Positions 10,293 to 20,882 of a stretch of 64,000 bases of DNA are shown piece after piece. Origin of the DNA: Spirulina sp. (GTDB lineage Bacteria > Cyanobacteriota > Cyanobacteriia > Phormidesmidales > Phormidesmidaceae). The notes below the pieces were generated by a model. That model had not been told where the DNA came from. It did not search any database and saw only the letters and a list, made by a program, of their open reading frames with translations. How positions within the stretch are numbered: the stretch's first letter is position 1; each line of letters starts with the position of its first letter. The position numbers and the translations under genes were made by a program. The DNA lies in NCBI GenBank assembly GCA_044070495.1, contig JBIPSI010000017.1, forward strand, positions 67,094 to 131,093. Reading direction: 5' to 3'.

Positions 10293-11594
10293 ATGTCAGC
10301 GATTAATGCTTACCCAATCCAAACGGCAAAGATCGAACCGTCTTGCCCCAAACCTCTAAAAGTGCTGTATTACATTGCCTACTACCAGCGCATGGCGGGG
10401 GCCAATCGTAGCTTGTTTGAGTTGATCACCCACCTGCCGCCGTCGATTACGCCCCTGGTGGTAGTGGCTGGGGAGGGACGCGCTGCGGAGGCCTATCGTC
10501 AGGCGGGTATTGCCGTGGAGGTATTGCCACCGGGGCCTAACCTCAGCCAGTTTGGCAAGGCCATGCTGACCTGGTCGCGTCTGAAGCAGGCCCAGGTGGC
10601 GCTGACAGAACTGTTGCCCTATACCCTGCAATGCCTCGCCCTAATGCGCGATTGGCAGCCCGACCTTGTGCATGTGAATGGGGGCCGAGGGGCGTTGATG
10701 ATTGGCGCGGCGGCGCGGCTGAGGCGTTGCCCTTTGGTGGGCCATATGCGCGGACAGTTGCCCTTTGGCGGCATTTCCCACTGGTATTTTGAGCAGGTGT
10801 CGAGCCGCATTGTTACCGTCTGCGACGCCATTCAGCAAGACTTGACCCCCACGGGACGGGCGAAGGCCATCACCATCTACAACGGCATTCAAACCCTGCC
10901 CCCAGCCGGACAGCCTAGCCCCTGGCTGCGGGCTTTGAAGGCGCAGGGCACCCTGATTGTGGCCTGTTTTGCCTCGGTGGTGCCCTTCAAGGGATACCAC
11001 CATCTCCTCGAGGCGGTGGCTGAACTGAATCGACGGGGGTGGGCCGAGTCGTTGGTGGTGCTTTGCATTGGCGATCTTGAAGCCGAATATCAAGACTATG
11101 CCGATTTTCTGATGCACAGGCAGCAAGCCCTGGGGTTGCACAACGTTACGTTTACGGGCTGGCAGTCGAACCCGTTTGCCTTTTACCAGGTGGCGGATAT
11201 TGAGGTGCTGCCCTCGGTGAGCCGAGAGGTGCTGGACTATGGCGGCCAACCCGTCGAGGTGGCGGGCAACGAGGGCTTTCCCCGCACCCACCTAGAGGCG
11301 ATGACCTTTGGCCTGCCGATTGTGGCCACCGACATTGCTGGCGTACGAGAACAGGTAGAGGACGGGGTGAATGGCTGGGTGGTGCCGCCGGGAGATGCCC
11401 TGGCCCTGGCCGATGCCCTAGAACGGCTGCTAGCGGATGGCGAGTTGCGATCCCGCCTGGGGCAGGCCGGACGGGATCGGGTACGGCGCAAATTTTCTAC
11501 CCAGGCCCACGTGGCCGCTATGGTGCAGGTCTATCAATCGCTGGTTGGGGAAGAGACACTACCGGAGGCTACAGCCCATGGGCAATTGGCTTAG
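10293..11594 (+). CDS. Glycosyltransferase family 4
   Basis: GANRSL, NEGFPRTHLEAMTFGLPIVATDIAGVRE. Confidence 0.92.
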   Translation: MSAINAYPIQTAKIEPSCPKPLKVLYYIAYYQRMAGANRSLFELITHLPPSITPLVVVAGEGRAAEAYRQAGIAVEVLPPGPNLSQFGKAMLTWSRLKQAQVALTELLPYTLQCLALMRDWQPDLVHVNGGRGALMIGAAARLRRCPLVGHMRGQLPFGGISHWYFEQVSSRIVTVCDAIQQDLTPTGRAKAITIYNGIQTLPPAGQPSPWLRALKAQGTLIVACFASVVPFKGYHHLLEAVAELNRRGWAESLVVLCIGDLEAEYQDYADFLMHRQQALGLHNVTFTGWQSNPFAFYQVADIEVLPSVSREVLDYGGQPVEVAGNEGFPRTHLEAMTFGLPIVATDIAGVREQVEDGVNGWVVPPGDALALADALERLLADGELRSRLGQAGRDRVRRKFSTQAHVAAMVQVYQSLVGEETLPEATAHGQLA

Positions 11595-13113
11595 GAGGAT
11601 CAGCCATCGCCCCTGGCGATGGGGCCTCGTGACCCTAGGGTTGGTGGTTTTGCTAGGGCTGTGGCCTCGGGCCAACCCAGCCCTAGAACCGCAGATGATC
11701 CGTCTTTGGTCGCGGTCAGACGGTGCCCCGATCGCCTACTATGCCGTGGGAGATGAGTTTTTGACGGCGGCCTTTCAGCTGCTGGACGACTACTGGATCG
11801 ACCTACGCGACCACAGCCCCAACCTGCTGCGGGGCCACCTCGATCACTACCTCCCCCCCGAACTGCAAGCCCTCCACTACGAGCCTGCCGATGATTTGAT
11901 GGCGGATTTTGCCGACCGCTTCTTTGCCGCCCGCCATCCCCAGACCGGCCTAATTCCCTACGCCTACGATGTTCCCATTCCGGGCGATCCACACAATCCG
12001 GCGGAGGCCCACCTCACCTCCGACCACAAGCAGCCGGTAGGCCTGATCGCCAGGGCGGTGGAGTTTTGCCGCTGGTTTCCCCAAGATCAGACGTTGCAGC
12101 AGAATTGTGTGGATTTGGCCCACCGCACCATGGCCTATTTTGATGTACCCGCCGACCCCCAACCCAATGGCCTATGGGGCTGGGTCGATGTCGGCGATAC
12201 CCAGGCCCGCAGTTCCCTCACCCTCACCCAAGACTACGGAGACGTAGCCCTAGCCATGGCCCAGATCTCCCAGTGGACGGGCGATTCCACCTACGCCCAG
12301 TGGGCCGATGAAAAGGTGAGATTTGTCTGGCAGCAGCGGATGACACCGGATCTCCCCCTCTTGCAGGAACAGTTTGTGCTGGATCGCGCCCTGGAACGCC
12401 CCGACGAACCCTCCAGCGATACGGACACCCTCTACTTTGTACGGCAGTTGTTCGATCTGGCTGAACGGACGGGCCAGACCACCTACCGCGACTGGGCCTT
12501 GGCGGTCACCGATCTCTGGGTTGAGCAAGCCTGGAATGAGTCGTGGGGGCACTTTGTCCGCAAGCTGAGCCCCGACGGCACCCCGGCGGTGGACACCCTC
12601 TACGGCGACGGCAAATACAACACCCTAGCCATCCTAGAGCAGGCCTACGTCGCCACGGGCAAAACCGCCTACCTAGAACGGTTGCGACGGGCCTGGAAAA
12701 ACTTGGCAGCCATGGGGCAGGGGGGGCTGGCACCGGAGGCCATCCAACGGGGCCAAGGGAACCCAGCGGAGGAGCTAGATGCCCAGCAAACCTTCTTTTT
12801 GGAGATTTTGGTGGATACCTACAACGCCAGCGGCGATCCGCGTTTTCTCGCCGATGCCGAAGCCCTAGGCCATGCCATTCTGCAACGGGGGGAATCGGTG
12901 ATGCGGCTCGAAAGCGGCCAGGCGGGCCAAGCCTTCCTCAAATTGGCCCTAGCCCGACAGCCCGTCGAACGGGTCAGCCTCTCCCTAGCCCAGCCCAACA
13001 CCCCTATCCCCATTACCCAGGCGGGAAAGACCGTAGGCCAACTGGTGCCGCCCACTGAAGAGGTCGTAATCTACCTGGCCGGAGATGGCTACGGCCTGGG
13101 CGATCACCTGTGA
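11578..13113 (+). CDS. Membrane-anchored/exported protein, probable (alpha/alpha)6-barrel glycosidase or epimerase fold
   Basis: N-terminal basic + hydrophobic segment; repeated helix hairpins (xTGDxxYxxWA, xTGxxxYRDWA, ATGKTAYLE, ASGDPRFLADAE); overlaps the upstream GT stop. Confidence 0.6.
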   Translation: MGNWLRRISHRPWRWGLVTLGLVVLLGLWPRANPALEPQMIRLWSRSDGAPIAYYAVGDEFLTAAFQLLDDYWIDLRDHSPNLLRGHLDHYLPPELQALHYEPADDLMADFADRFFAARHPQTGLIPYAYDVPIPGDPHNPAEAHLTSDHKQPVGLIARAVEFCRWFPQDQTLQQNCVDLAHRTMAYFDVPADPQPNGLWGWVDVGDTQARSSLTLTQDYGDVALAMAQISQWTGDSTYAQWADEKVRFVWQQRMTPDLPLLQEQFVLDRALERPDEPSSDTDTLYFVRQLFDLAERTGQTTYRDWALAVTDLWVEQAWNESWGHFVRKLSPDGTPAVDTLYGDGKYNTLAILEQAYVATGKTAYLERLRRAWKNLAAMGQGGLAPEAIQRGQGNPAEELDAQQTFFLEILVDTYNASGDPRFLADAEALGHAILQRGESVMRLESGQAGQAFLKLALARQPVERVSLSLAQPNTPIPITQAGKTVGQLVPPTEEVVIYLAGDGYGLGDHL

Positions 13114-13197
13114 TACTCAACCGGATTGAGGATGACAATCCGTAGGGGCGCGGTTTCCTCGCCAGCTCATAGCAGAACCCAGCCGAATTGAGGATAA

Positions 13198-13298
13198 TAA
13201 GGCGTTTGAAAAGGGTTGCCTCAGATGCGATTGGTCGCTAAATCGGGGTCAATTTACGGGATTTTTGACGGTTGAGGCTGACCTCATCGGAATAACCT
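13198..13298. mobile_element. Degenerate copy of the MITE at 20752-20882, right TIR missing
   Basis: About 100 bp closely similar to 20752-20851 (GGCGTTTGAAA..GGTTGCCTCA..TGCGATTGGTCGCTAAATCGG..GAGGCTGACCTCATCGG). Confidence 0.8.
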
Positions 13299-13381
13299 TT
13301 GATGTATTGAAGACGATCCTGGGATTGGGCCTGCGCCCCCTATAGTGAAGGGCAGTGATCGACCCGAACCATGTTTTGCCC

Positions 13382-14668
13382 ATGACTCCTGCCTCTGATA
13401 CTCAAACATCCCCTCCCAAATCTCCCATCGGGCCACGTTTGATGGAACTGGCGCAACTGTTTTTAAAGCTGGGAGCCTTTGGATTTGGTGGCCCCCAGGC
13501 CCACATCGCCATGATCCACGATGAGGCGGTGGTGCGGCGGGGCTGGCTGAGCGAAGAGCAATTTTTAGAGGGGGTGGCCATCTGCGAAATGCTGCCGGGG
13601 CCAGCCTCCACCCAAACCGGGATTTACACGGGCTACGTGCGGGCGGGGTTGCTGGGAGCCTTGGTGGCGGGCACCAGTTTTATCTTTCCGGCCTTTAGCA
13701 TCATGGTGGTGCTGTCCTGGGCCTATTTTCGGTTTCAGGGGGTGCCCCAAATTGATCATCTCTTCTTCGGCATTTCCCCGGTGGTCATTGCCATCATCCT
13801 GGCCTTTAGCTGGAAACTCAGCAAGAAATCGATTAAGGACAAAACTGGGGTAGCCATTGCCCTGGGGGCGTTTCTGCTGGCCTGGGGGCTGAAAATTAAC
13901 GTGCTTCTGCTCTTTTTGTTGGCGGGCGTTGTCGGTCTGCTGGTCTATCGTCCCCCTGCTACACCGCCAGGAGCGGATTCTTCGACGGTGTCACCTTCGG
14001 GAAGGCCCAATCCCGCCTGGTTAGCGCCCCTGTGGCCCGTGGGTCAATCCCTACCGCGTTTATTGGCCCAGATTTCCAGCGAACCCTTAGCGGTCTCTAG
14101 TTTTTGGGGACTAGAGCGGATTCAGACCTACGCTTGGCCCCTAGCGTCGTTTTTCGTCAAGGTGGGGGCGTTTATCTTTGGCGGCGGGCTGGTGATCATT
14201 CCCCTGCTAGAGTCCTCGGTGGTGGATGACTTTCAATGGATGACCCGCAGCGAATTTTTAGATGGAGTCGCCCTTGGCGAACTCACCCCCGGCCCCGTGG
14301 TAATCACCGCCGCCTTTGTGGGCTACAAGGTGGCCGGATTTCTGGGGGCTTTAGTAGCCACCGTGGCGATTTTTCTGCCCTCCTTTGGCTTCATTGGGTT
14401 GGCCTCACCCTTCTTGCTGCGGCTGCGCCAAAATCCCAGGGTCAAGTGCTTTTTGAGGGGGGTGTTGCCAGCGGTGTTGGGGGCTATCCTTGCCGCCACC
14501 CTGCCCTTGGCCCAAGCCGCTTTAACTCAGGAGACTTGGCCCCTTACCCTCGTGGCCATCAGCTTGAGCCTAGCAGCCTTGGTGGCTTTGGTACGGTTTA
14601 GGCGACCCACCTGGCAACTGGTACCCATGGGTGCTTTAGCAGGATTGGCCGTAGGGGCATTATCGTAG
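13382..14668 (+). CDS. chrA: Chromate efflux transporter (CHR family, long bidomain)
   Basis: Two homologous halves: FLKLGAFGFGGP..LPGP and FVKVGAFIFGGG..TPGP. Confidence 0.92.
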   Translation: MTPASDTQTSPPKSPIGPRLMELAQLFLKLGAFGFGGPQAHIAMIHDEAVVRRGWLSEEQFLEGVAICEMLPGPASTQTGIYTGYVRAGLLGALVAGTSFIFPAFSIMVVLSWAYFRFQGVPQIDHLFFGISPVVIAIILAFSWKLSKKSIKDKTGVAIALGAFLLAWGLKINVLLLFLLAGVVGLLVYRPPATPPGADSSTVSPSGRPNPAWLAPLWPVGQSLPRLLAQISSEPLAVSSFWGLERIQTYAWPLASFFVKVGAFIFGGGLVIIPLLESSVVDDFQWMTRSEFLDGVALGELTPGPVVITAAFVGYKVAGFLGALVATVAIFLPSFGFIGLASPFLLRLRQNPRVKCFLRGVLPAVLGAILAATLPLAQAALTQETWPLTLVAISLSLAALVALVRFRRPTWQLVPMGALAGLAVGALS

Positions 14669-14687
14669 GGGCGAGGTCTCCTCGCCC
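14665..14687 (+). repeat. GTAG-type REP palindrome overlapping the chrA stop
   Basis: GTAG GGGCGAGG TCT CCTCGCCC. Confidence 0.75.
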
Positions 14688-14734
14688 GTTGATACCGGGG
14701 GCAAACCCTCCAGATTCAGGGCGAGAACCGATCC

Positions 14735-15127
14735 CTAGCCTTCGACCTGATCCTTATATTCTGCCGCCGACATCGCGTCATCCAGATCCTCTAGGTTTTC
14801 AACCTTCACCTTAATCAGCCAGCCATCGCCGTAGGGGTCATCGCCAATTTGCTCCGGGGCGTCGATCAGGGCATCGTTGCGCTCTAGCACCTCACCATCC
14901 ACGGGAGACTTCAGTTCCTCCACCGCCTTCACAGACTCGACATTGCCAAAGCGCTCTCCCTTTTCCACCGAATCGCCAGTATCAGGAAGTTCTAAAAAGA
15001 CAATGTCGCCAAGCTGATCAATCGCGAAGGCGGTGATGCCCACGGTGACGATATTTTCCTCTTCATCAACCCGCGCATACTCGTGGGTGTCTAGATATTT
15101 CAGGTCTTCAGGATATTCAAACGCCAT
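14735..15127 (-). CDS. gcvH: Glycine cleavage system protein H
   Basis: [25 protein letters not shown] lipoyl-lysine motif, DPYGDGW; GGAGG SD. Confidence 0.97.
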   Translation of the reverse strand: MAFEYPEDLKYLDTHEYARVDEEENIVTVGITAFAIDQLGDIVFLELPDTGDSVEKGERFGNVESVKAVEELKSPVDGEVLERNDALIDAPEQIGDDPYGDGWLIKVKVENLEDLDDAMSAAEYKDQVEG

Positions 15128-15285
15128 GGCCTCACCTCCCCCAAAACACGGTCAATTAACGGTATAGACAGGTACCTGTGTGCAAGTTTGCCACGATAAC
15201 GCCCCTTTGGAACAGCAATTTTTCGCCCCTGCTTCCCGCCATCCCCCACCGCATCCCCTACCCCCCTCCCTCCCGACCCCAACCC

Positions 15286-15326
15286 CCAATAACCAATAAC
15301 CAACAACCAGTAACCAACAACCAACC
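15286..15326. repeat. Heptamer STRR-type tandem repeat (CCAAYAA)n
   Basis: ccaataa ccaataa ccaacaa ccagtaa ccaacaa ccaacc. Confidence 0.8.
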
Positions 15327-15416
15327 CAGATCAAAAACTGGCCTTCCCCCCCCAGCGATTTTGGCGCTTGTGTCTACAATGGGGCATGTCCTTTTGTGTC
15401 AGGCATTGCCCCTGCC

Positions 15417-17699
15417 ATGACGAACCCAAATTCTACCCCTCCCCCCAATCCCCCACCCGCGCCGCCGCGCACCCTGCTGAAGACTGTAACCCAGGCGTTT
15501 CAGGCGGTTCAGGCTAAGGTGGATTTTGGCAAGCTGTCGGTGAAGCCCGGTTCCCGTGCGGCCTCGCTGGAGGTGGTGGTGGACGGACGGCCCACCGTTT
15601 ATCCCTTGCTAGGGGAGCACTATGTGATGGGGCGCAGTTCTGCCCAGTGCGACATTGTGGCGGCGAGCCCGATTGTCAGCCAGGTACACGCCACTCTAAC
15701 GCGGGATGTGAACCGTCCGGGGCAACCCTTTGTGCTGAAGGATCGCAACTCCACCAACGGCATCTATCGCGGCAAAAAGCGCCTCAGCCGAGTGGTGATG
15801 AACCACGGCGATGTGTATACCCTAGGCCCAGGGGAACTGGCCGATGCGGTAACGATTCGCTACCTCGACCCGCCGCCCTGGTATGTGAAAACCGCCCGCT
15901 ACGGGCTTTATGGCTTTACGGGAATTTCTCTGGCGGTGGGGCTGTGGATTGTGGGGATTGAATGGCCCAAAATCCCCATGAATCCGCTGCCGGATTCGGT
16001 ACAGGGGCCAGTCATGATCTACGCCGAGGAGGATGGGGTACAGGTGCCCCTGCGGGAACAGCGCAACCAGGCCCACCGCGAACTCCAGAGGATGTCGGAT
16101 TTCTCCCCCTACCTGCCCGATGCCCTGATTGCCTCGGAGGATACCCGCTACTACTGGCACCTAGGGGTTGACCCGCTGGGGATTTTGCGGGCGGTGGTAG
16201 TGAATGTGCAGGGGGGTGGCATTCGTCAGGGGGGCAGCACCATCACCCAGCAGCTCGCCCGCAGCATCTACCGAGAATACGTGGGCACCGAGGATTCTGC
16301 TGGCCGCAAGATTCGCGAGGCGATTGTGGCCCTTAAGCTGGAGACCTTCTACAGCAAGAACAAGCTGCTGCTGACTTACATGAACCGGGTCTACCTGGGG
16401 GAAAACCTCTACGGCTTTGAGGATGCGGCCCAGTTTTACTTCGACAAATCCGCCCAGGATTTGACACTCTCGGAAGCGGCGACCCTGGTGGGCATTCTGC
16501 CGGGGCCAAACGCCTTTAACCCCGTTACCAACTACGATGCGGCGGTGTTCTACCGGGATCGCGTCCTAGAACGCATGGTGGCCCTGGGCATGGTCAGCCA
16601 GGAGGAAGGCCGTCGGGCGCGGCGTTCCCGCATTGAAATTAGCCCCGAAGCCACCCGCCAACTGCAAAGCACCCGCGCCCCCTACTTCTATAGCTACATT
16701 TTTCAGGAGCTAGAGACCGTCCTGGGGGAGTCTCTGGCGCGGGAGGGTAACTTTTTGGTGCAAACGGGCCTCGATCTCGATCTCCAGAAGGCCGCCGAAA
16801 ACGCCCTCACCGAAGACGTGTCTACCCGTGGCGCGTCCCTTGGCTATTCCCAAGGTGCGGTGGTGACGGTGGATACCCCCTCCGGAGAAATTCGGGCCAT
16901 GGTGGGCGGGGTAGATTTTGGCCAAAGCCAGTTTAATCGGGCCTCCCAAGCCCTGCGCCAACCTGGGTCCACCTTTAAACTGTTTGCCTACGGAGCCGCC
17001 CTAGAGCAGGGCATTCCCCCCAGCCGCACCTTCTCCTGCGAATCCATGAACTGGAATGGCCAGCGGTTTGCGGGCTGTCGGGCTGGGTCGGCCCCCATGG
17101 ATATGTATCGGGGCATGGCGCTATCGGAAAACGTGGTGGCCCTGCGTATCGCTAGGGAGGCTGGCCTCGGCAACGTCATCGACAATGCCCAACGACTAGG
17201 GATTACCTCTAACCTGCGGGCCACCCCAGGGTTGACATTAGGGGAAAGCGAAGTGACCCCCCTGGAAATAACCGGATCCTTTGCGGCGGTGGCCAACAAT
17301 GGCCTATGGAACCGTCCCCACGGCATCGTGCGCGTCCTCGATAGCAGCGACTGCACCGATCCCAACACGCCTTCTACCTGCCGCGTCGTCTACGAATTTG
17401 GCCAAGCCGGAGATGCGGATCGCCCCGCCGTTGACCCCGCCATTGCCAATACCCTGGTCGGTTTACTCCAGGGTGTGGTGCAGGGGGGCACGGGCCGCAA
17501 CGCCTTTTTGGGCCTGGGGGAACACGGCAAAACCGGAACCACCGACGACAACCGCGACCTCTGGTATGTGGGCACCCTCCCCAGCTACGGCCTCACCACG
17601 GGCATTTGGCTCGGCAATGACGACAACACCCCCACCAATGGCAGCAGTGGCCAAGCCGCCGCCGTTTGGGGCAACTACATGCGCCAAGTCGTGAGGTAA
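15417..17699 (+). CDS. Class A penicillin-binding protein with N-terminal FHA domain
   Basis: FHA motifs (GR..CDI, VSQVHA, STNG); transglycosylase EDTRYYWH and GGSTITQQL; transpeptidase STFK, SEN, KTG. Confidence 0.92.
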   Translation: MTNPNSTPPPNPPPAPPRTLLKTVTQAFQAVQAKVDFGKLSVKPGSRAASLEVVVDGRPTVYPLLGEHYVMGRSSAQCDIVAASPIVSQVHATLTRDVNRPGQPFVLKDRNSTNGIYRGKKRLSRVVMNHGDVYTLGPGELADAVTIRYLDPPPWYVKTARYGLYGFTGISLAVGLWIVGIEWPKIPMNPLPDSVQGPVMIYAEEDGVQVPLREQRNQAHRELQRMSDFSPYLPDALIASEDTRYYWHLGVDPLGILRAVVVNVQGGGIRQGGSTITQQLARSIYREYVGTEDSAGRKIREAIVALKLETFYSKNKLLLTYMNRVYLGENLYGFEDAAQFYFDKSAQDLTLSEAATLVGILPGPNAFNPVTNYDAAVFYRDRVLERMVALGMVSQEEGRRARRSRIEISPEATRQLQSTRAPYFYSYIFQELETVLGESLAREGNFLVQTGLDLDLQKAAENALTEDVSTRGASLGYSQGAVVTVDTPSGEIRAMVGGVDFGQSQFNRASQALRQPGSTFKLFAYGAALEQGIPPSRTFSCESMNWNGQRFAGCRAGSAPMDMYRGMALSENVVALRIAREAGLGNVIDNAQRLGITSNLRATPGLTLGESEVTPLEITGSFAAVANNGLWNRPHGIVRVLDSSDCTDPNTPSTCRVVYEFGQAGDADRPAVDPAIANTLVGLLQGVVQGGTGRNAFLGLGEHGKTGTTDDNRDLWYVGTLPSYGLTTGIWLGNDDNTPTNGSSGQAAAVWGNYMRQVVR

Positions 17700-17711
17700 T
17701 CTCACCTCAAC

Positions 17712-17839
17712 CTGGTTGACTGACAAAAGATTCTGCACCGGGCGAGGAAACCTCGCCCCTACGGTGTTTGGATAGTAGGGGGCAGGTTCCCTGACCCTTT
17801 AACGGATCTGGTTTCTAGCGAGTTTTGTCCGTCAATCAG
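17712..17839. mobile_element. 128-bp MITE-like element with 17-bp TIRs enclosing two back-to-back REPs
   Basis: CTGGTTGACTGACAAAA ... TTTTGTCCGTCAATCAG (15/17 complementary); REPs at 17740-17762 and 17775-17797. Confidence 0.65.
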
Positions 17840-17871
17840 CCAATCGACTTATCCCCATCAACCGCAAAACC

Positions 17872-18072
17872 CTAATCGTCTGGAAATTGCCAGCAGGCGA
17901 TGTGCTCAACCCGACGGCTCCCACAGGCACAAATCGCCTCATCGGAGGAATCCATCCAGGTGGCATCGCAGTCGCGGCAATGGCAGAGCACATTGTTTAA
18001 ATTGGCCTGGGATAGACCAAATCGCCAGCGCTCTAGTTCTTCAGGGGTGAAATGGGATGGGGTATCGGCCAT
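17872..18072 (-). CDS. Small hypothetical Cys-rich (zinc-ribbon-like) protein
   Basis: 66 aa with CHCRDC...CACGS..CWQFPDD. Confidence 0.7.
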   Translation of the reverse strand: MADTPSHFTPEELERWRFGLSQANLNNVLCHCRDCDATWMDSSDEAICACGSRRVEHIACWQFPDD

Positions 18073-18192
18073 GGGGGAAATGAACTTGATAGGCTGAATT
18101 GCCTGGGTAAAACGCGACAACATTCAGGTTAACCCTGAAACTCCCAAGGTAATAGGTGGGAGGCCCTAAGCGCTTTACCCAAACAATAGGGT

Positions 18193-18843
18193 TTACAGTT
18201 CTTCGGCGACAGAGTTCAGGCCCACAATATCTTCATAGGCAGCGGCCAGAACACAGGTCGATAGAGGAATAGTAACTAAAGCCCCAATGCCAAGCAAAAT
18301 AAAGCCAGCCAACACTAAAAAACTGAGAAGGATGGCCAATCCAAAAAACGACCACCAGCGCTTGGTGATGAGTTTTCGACTAGTTTCCATGGCCGACCAG
18401 AATTCCATGTTTTTGTCAATCACGAAAAGTGGAGCAAACATATAGGAAGTGGCCAGATAGATTCCAGGTAGAATCAAAGCAATCATCCCTAATGCAATGA
18501 GAATGGTTGATACAAGTGAGGTGAGGAACAGCGGCAGGAACTTTTTAAAGCCGTTGAAGAAGTCGCTGAAATTTTTAGGGCGATTGCGGGCAATCTGAAA
18601 GGCTACGATATAGAAGCCTGCACCTAAAATAGGGGAAATAATGTTGAAAATTAGGCTGCCGATAGGAGCTTCACCTTCACCTCCTCCTATCGCACTAAAG
18701 GCACCCGCAATTACACCGAAGATAAGGGTGTAGAGGATAAATCCCCAGGCATAGGACTTAAAGATTTCCCAACCTCGTCCAAAGTAATCGCCAATCTTAA
18801 CTTCATAGTCGCGGCTGAGTAGATCAGCACTAAAACTGCTCAT
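18193..18843 (-). CDS. Integral membrane protein (DUF975-like)
   Basis: About 5 TM segments, LPGIY..Y.F...ID...FWSAMETSR pattern; GGGGAG SD. Confidence 0.75.
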   Translation of the reverse strand: MSSFSADLLSRDYEVKIGDYFGRGWEIFKSYAWGFILYTLIFGVIAGAFSAIGGGEGEAPIGSLIFNIISPILGAGFYIVAFQIARNRPKNFSDFFNGFKKFLPLFLTSLVSTILIALGMIALILPGIYLATSYMFAPLFVIDKNMEFWSAMETSRKLITKRWWSFFGLAILLSFLVLAGFILLGIGALVTIPLSTCVLAAAYEDIVGLNSVAEEL

Positions 18844-19185
18844 GGGTTGACTCCCCAATAATGATAGACGTTGCCTACAGCCTATCGGCAACCCAGGAAT
18901 TAGCGCGAAAGTATTGGGAAAAATTTATCTTGTTGAGCCTGCTCCTGCATTCTGTCTACAGCAACTCCCAAATCGCTACAGCTAATCCTATCGAAGCGGA
19001 TCCATTAAATCCCTGGATAATCAATCTCATTCAGGGTTCACAGCTTACAGAGCGAACGGAAAGAGGCTATCCATGGCGTGCTGCATCCCACAGGCCGAAT
19101 TGATGGAAAGGGGAGCCGAGGTACTTATAATGAGGGTTTGTGAATTCCACCGTTTGCTCAAACCCTACCCTTGCCACTGTCAACC

Positions 19186-20742
19186 ATGTCCTCCGACGCT
19201 ACCCGTTCTGGCCAAAGCGCCTCCAGCCTAGAAGAAATCCGTGCCGCCCGTCTGCAAAAGGTGGAAGACCTGAAGCAGGTAGGTCAGAATCCCTTTGCCT
19301 ATCGTTGGGATGTCACCCACCAGACCGCCCAGCTTCAGGAAAAATATGCCGACTTGGCCGCTGGGGAAGAGGTGGCGGATACGGTTTCCATTGCCGGACG
19401 GATTTTGGCGCGGCGGGTGTTTGGCAAACTGGCCTTCTTTGGCTTGCAGGACGAGTCGGGCACAATTCAGCTTTATTTAGAGAAAGCCACCATTCAGGAG
19501 CAAATGGGGGCTGAGGATGAGAAGGCCTTTGATCATTTAAAGCAGCTTACGGACGTAGGCGACATTATCGGCGTGACGGGCACCATCAAGCGCACGGACA
19601 AGGGCGAGCTATCGGTGAAAGTGCAGCGCTACGCCATGCTCACCAAGGCGCTGTTGCCCCTGCCCGACAAATGGCACGGGTTGACCGATGTGGCCAAACG
19701 CTACCGTCAGCGCTATGTGGATTTAATTGTGAACCCCACCGTGCGCGATACCTTCCGCAAGCGGGCGCTGATTACCACCGGGATTCGCCGCTATTTGGAA
19801 GACCGGGGCTTTTTGGAAATCGAAACCCCGGTACTGCAAAGCGAGGCGGGGGGAGCCGAGGCGCGGCCCTTCATCACTTACCACAACACGTTGGATATGG
19901 AGTTGTATCTCCGCATCGCCACGGAACTGCACCTGAAGCGCTTGGTGGTGGGTGGCTTTGAAAAGGTGTTTGAAATTGGCCGCATCTTCCGCAATGAGGG
20001 CGTTTCCACCCGCCACAACCCCGAATTTACCAGCGTGGAATTCTACCAAGCCTACGCCGACTACCACGACTTTATGGATCTCACCGAGGACTTGGTGGCG
20101 ACCCTGGCTAAGGACATTTTGGGGACAACTCAAATTACCTATCAAGGGGTGGATATTGACCTGACGCCCCCCTGGAAGCGGATTTCCATGCACGATCTCG
20201 TCAAAGAGCACACGGGTATGGATTTCCATACCTTCACAACCCTGGAGGAGGCCAAGGCGGCGGTGAAATCCCTCAACCTGCACGGGGTGGAGGATTGCGA
20301 CTCCATCGGCAAACTGCTGAACGAGGTGTTTGAGCAAAAAATCGAAGAAACCCTGATTCAGCCCACATTTTTGATCGACCATCCCGTGGAAATTTCGCCC
20401 CTCTCCAAGCCCCACCGCAGCAAGCCGGGAGTGGTGGAACGGTTCGAGCTATTTGTGGCCGGACGGGAAACCGCCAACGGCTTCTCGGAGTTGACCGACC
20501 CCATCGACCAACGCCATCGCTTTGAGCTGCAAGCTGCTCGCAAGGCCGCCGGAGACGTAGAAGCCACCGGGGTAGACGAGGACTTCCTCACCGCCCTAGA
20601 ACACGGTATGCCCCCCACCTGCGGCGAAGGCATCGGCATCGACCGCCTGGTGATGCTGCTCACCGACAGCGCCAGTATCCGCGACGTGATTGCCTTCCCC
20701 CTACTGAAGCCAGAAAAGCGCGAGGAATCGGAGACAGAGTAA
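19186..20742 (+). CDS. lysS: Lysine--tRNA ligase (class II)
   Basis: [41 protein letters not shown]. Confidence 0.98.
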   Translation: MSSDATRSGQSASSLEEIRAARLQKVEDLKQVGQNPFAYRWDVTHQTAQLQEKYADLAAGEEVADTVSIAGRILARRVFGKLAFFGLQDESGTIQLYLEKATIQEQMGAEDEKAFDHLKQLTDVGDIIGVTGTIKRTDKGELSVKVQRYAMLTKALLPLPDKWHGLTDVAKRYRQRYVDLIVNPTVRDTFRKRALITTGIRRYLEDRGFLEIETPVLQSEAGGAEARPFITYHNTLDMELYLRIATELHLKRLVVGGFEKVFEIGRIFRNEGVSTRHNPEFTSVEFYQAYADYHDFMDLTEDLVATLAKDILGTTQITYQGVDIDLTPPWKRISMHDLVKEHTGMDFHTFTTLEEAKAAVKSLNLHGVEDCDSIGKLLNEVFEQKIEETLIQPTFLIDHPVEISPLSKPHRSKPGVVERFELFVAGRETANGFSELTDPIDQRHRFELQAARKAAGDVEATGVDEDFLTALEHGMPPTCGEGIGIDRLVMLLTDSASIRDVIAFPLLKPEKREESETE

Positions 20743-20751
20743 GCGGGCTTA

Positions 20752-20882
20752 GAGGGCGTTTGAAAGGGGTTGCCTCAAGTGCGATTGGTCGCTAAATCGG
20801 TGCAAATCTAAGGGATTTTTGACGACTGAGGCTGACCTCATCGGTATAACTTGGGACACGCTTCGGCTTTTCAAACGTCCTC
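20752..20882. mobile_element. 131-bp MITE with TIRs GAGGRCGTTTGAAA and TTA target duplication (IS5/IS1031-type ends)
   Basis: TTA|GAGGGCGTTTGAAA ... TTTCAAACGTCCTC|TTA; second copy at about 13198. Confidence 0.85.
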
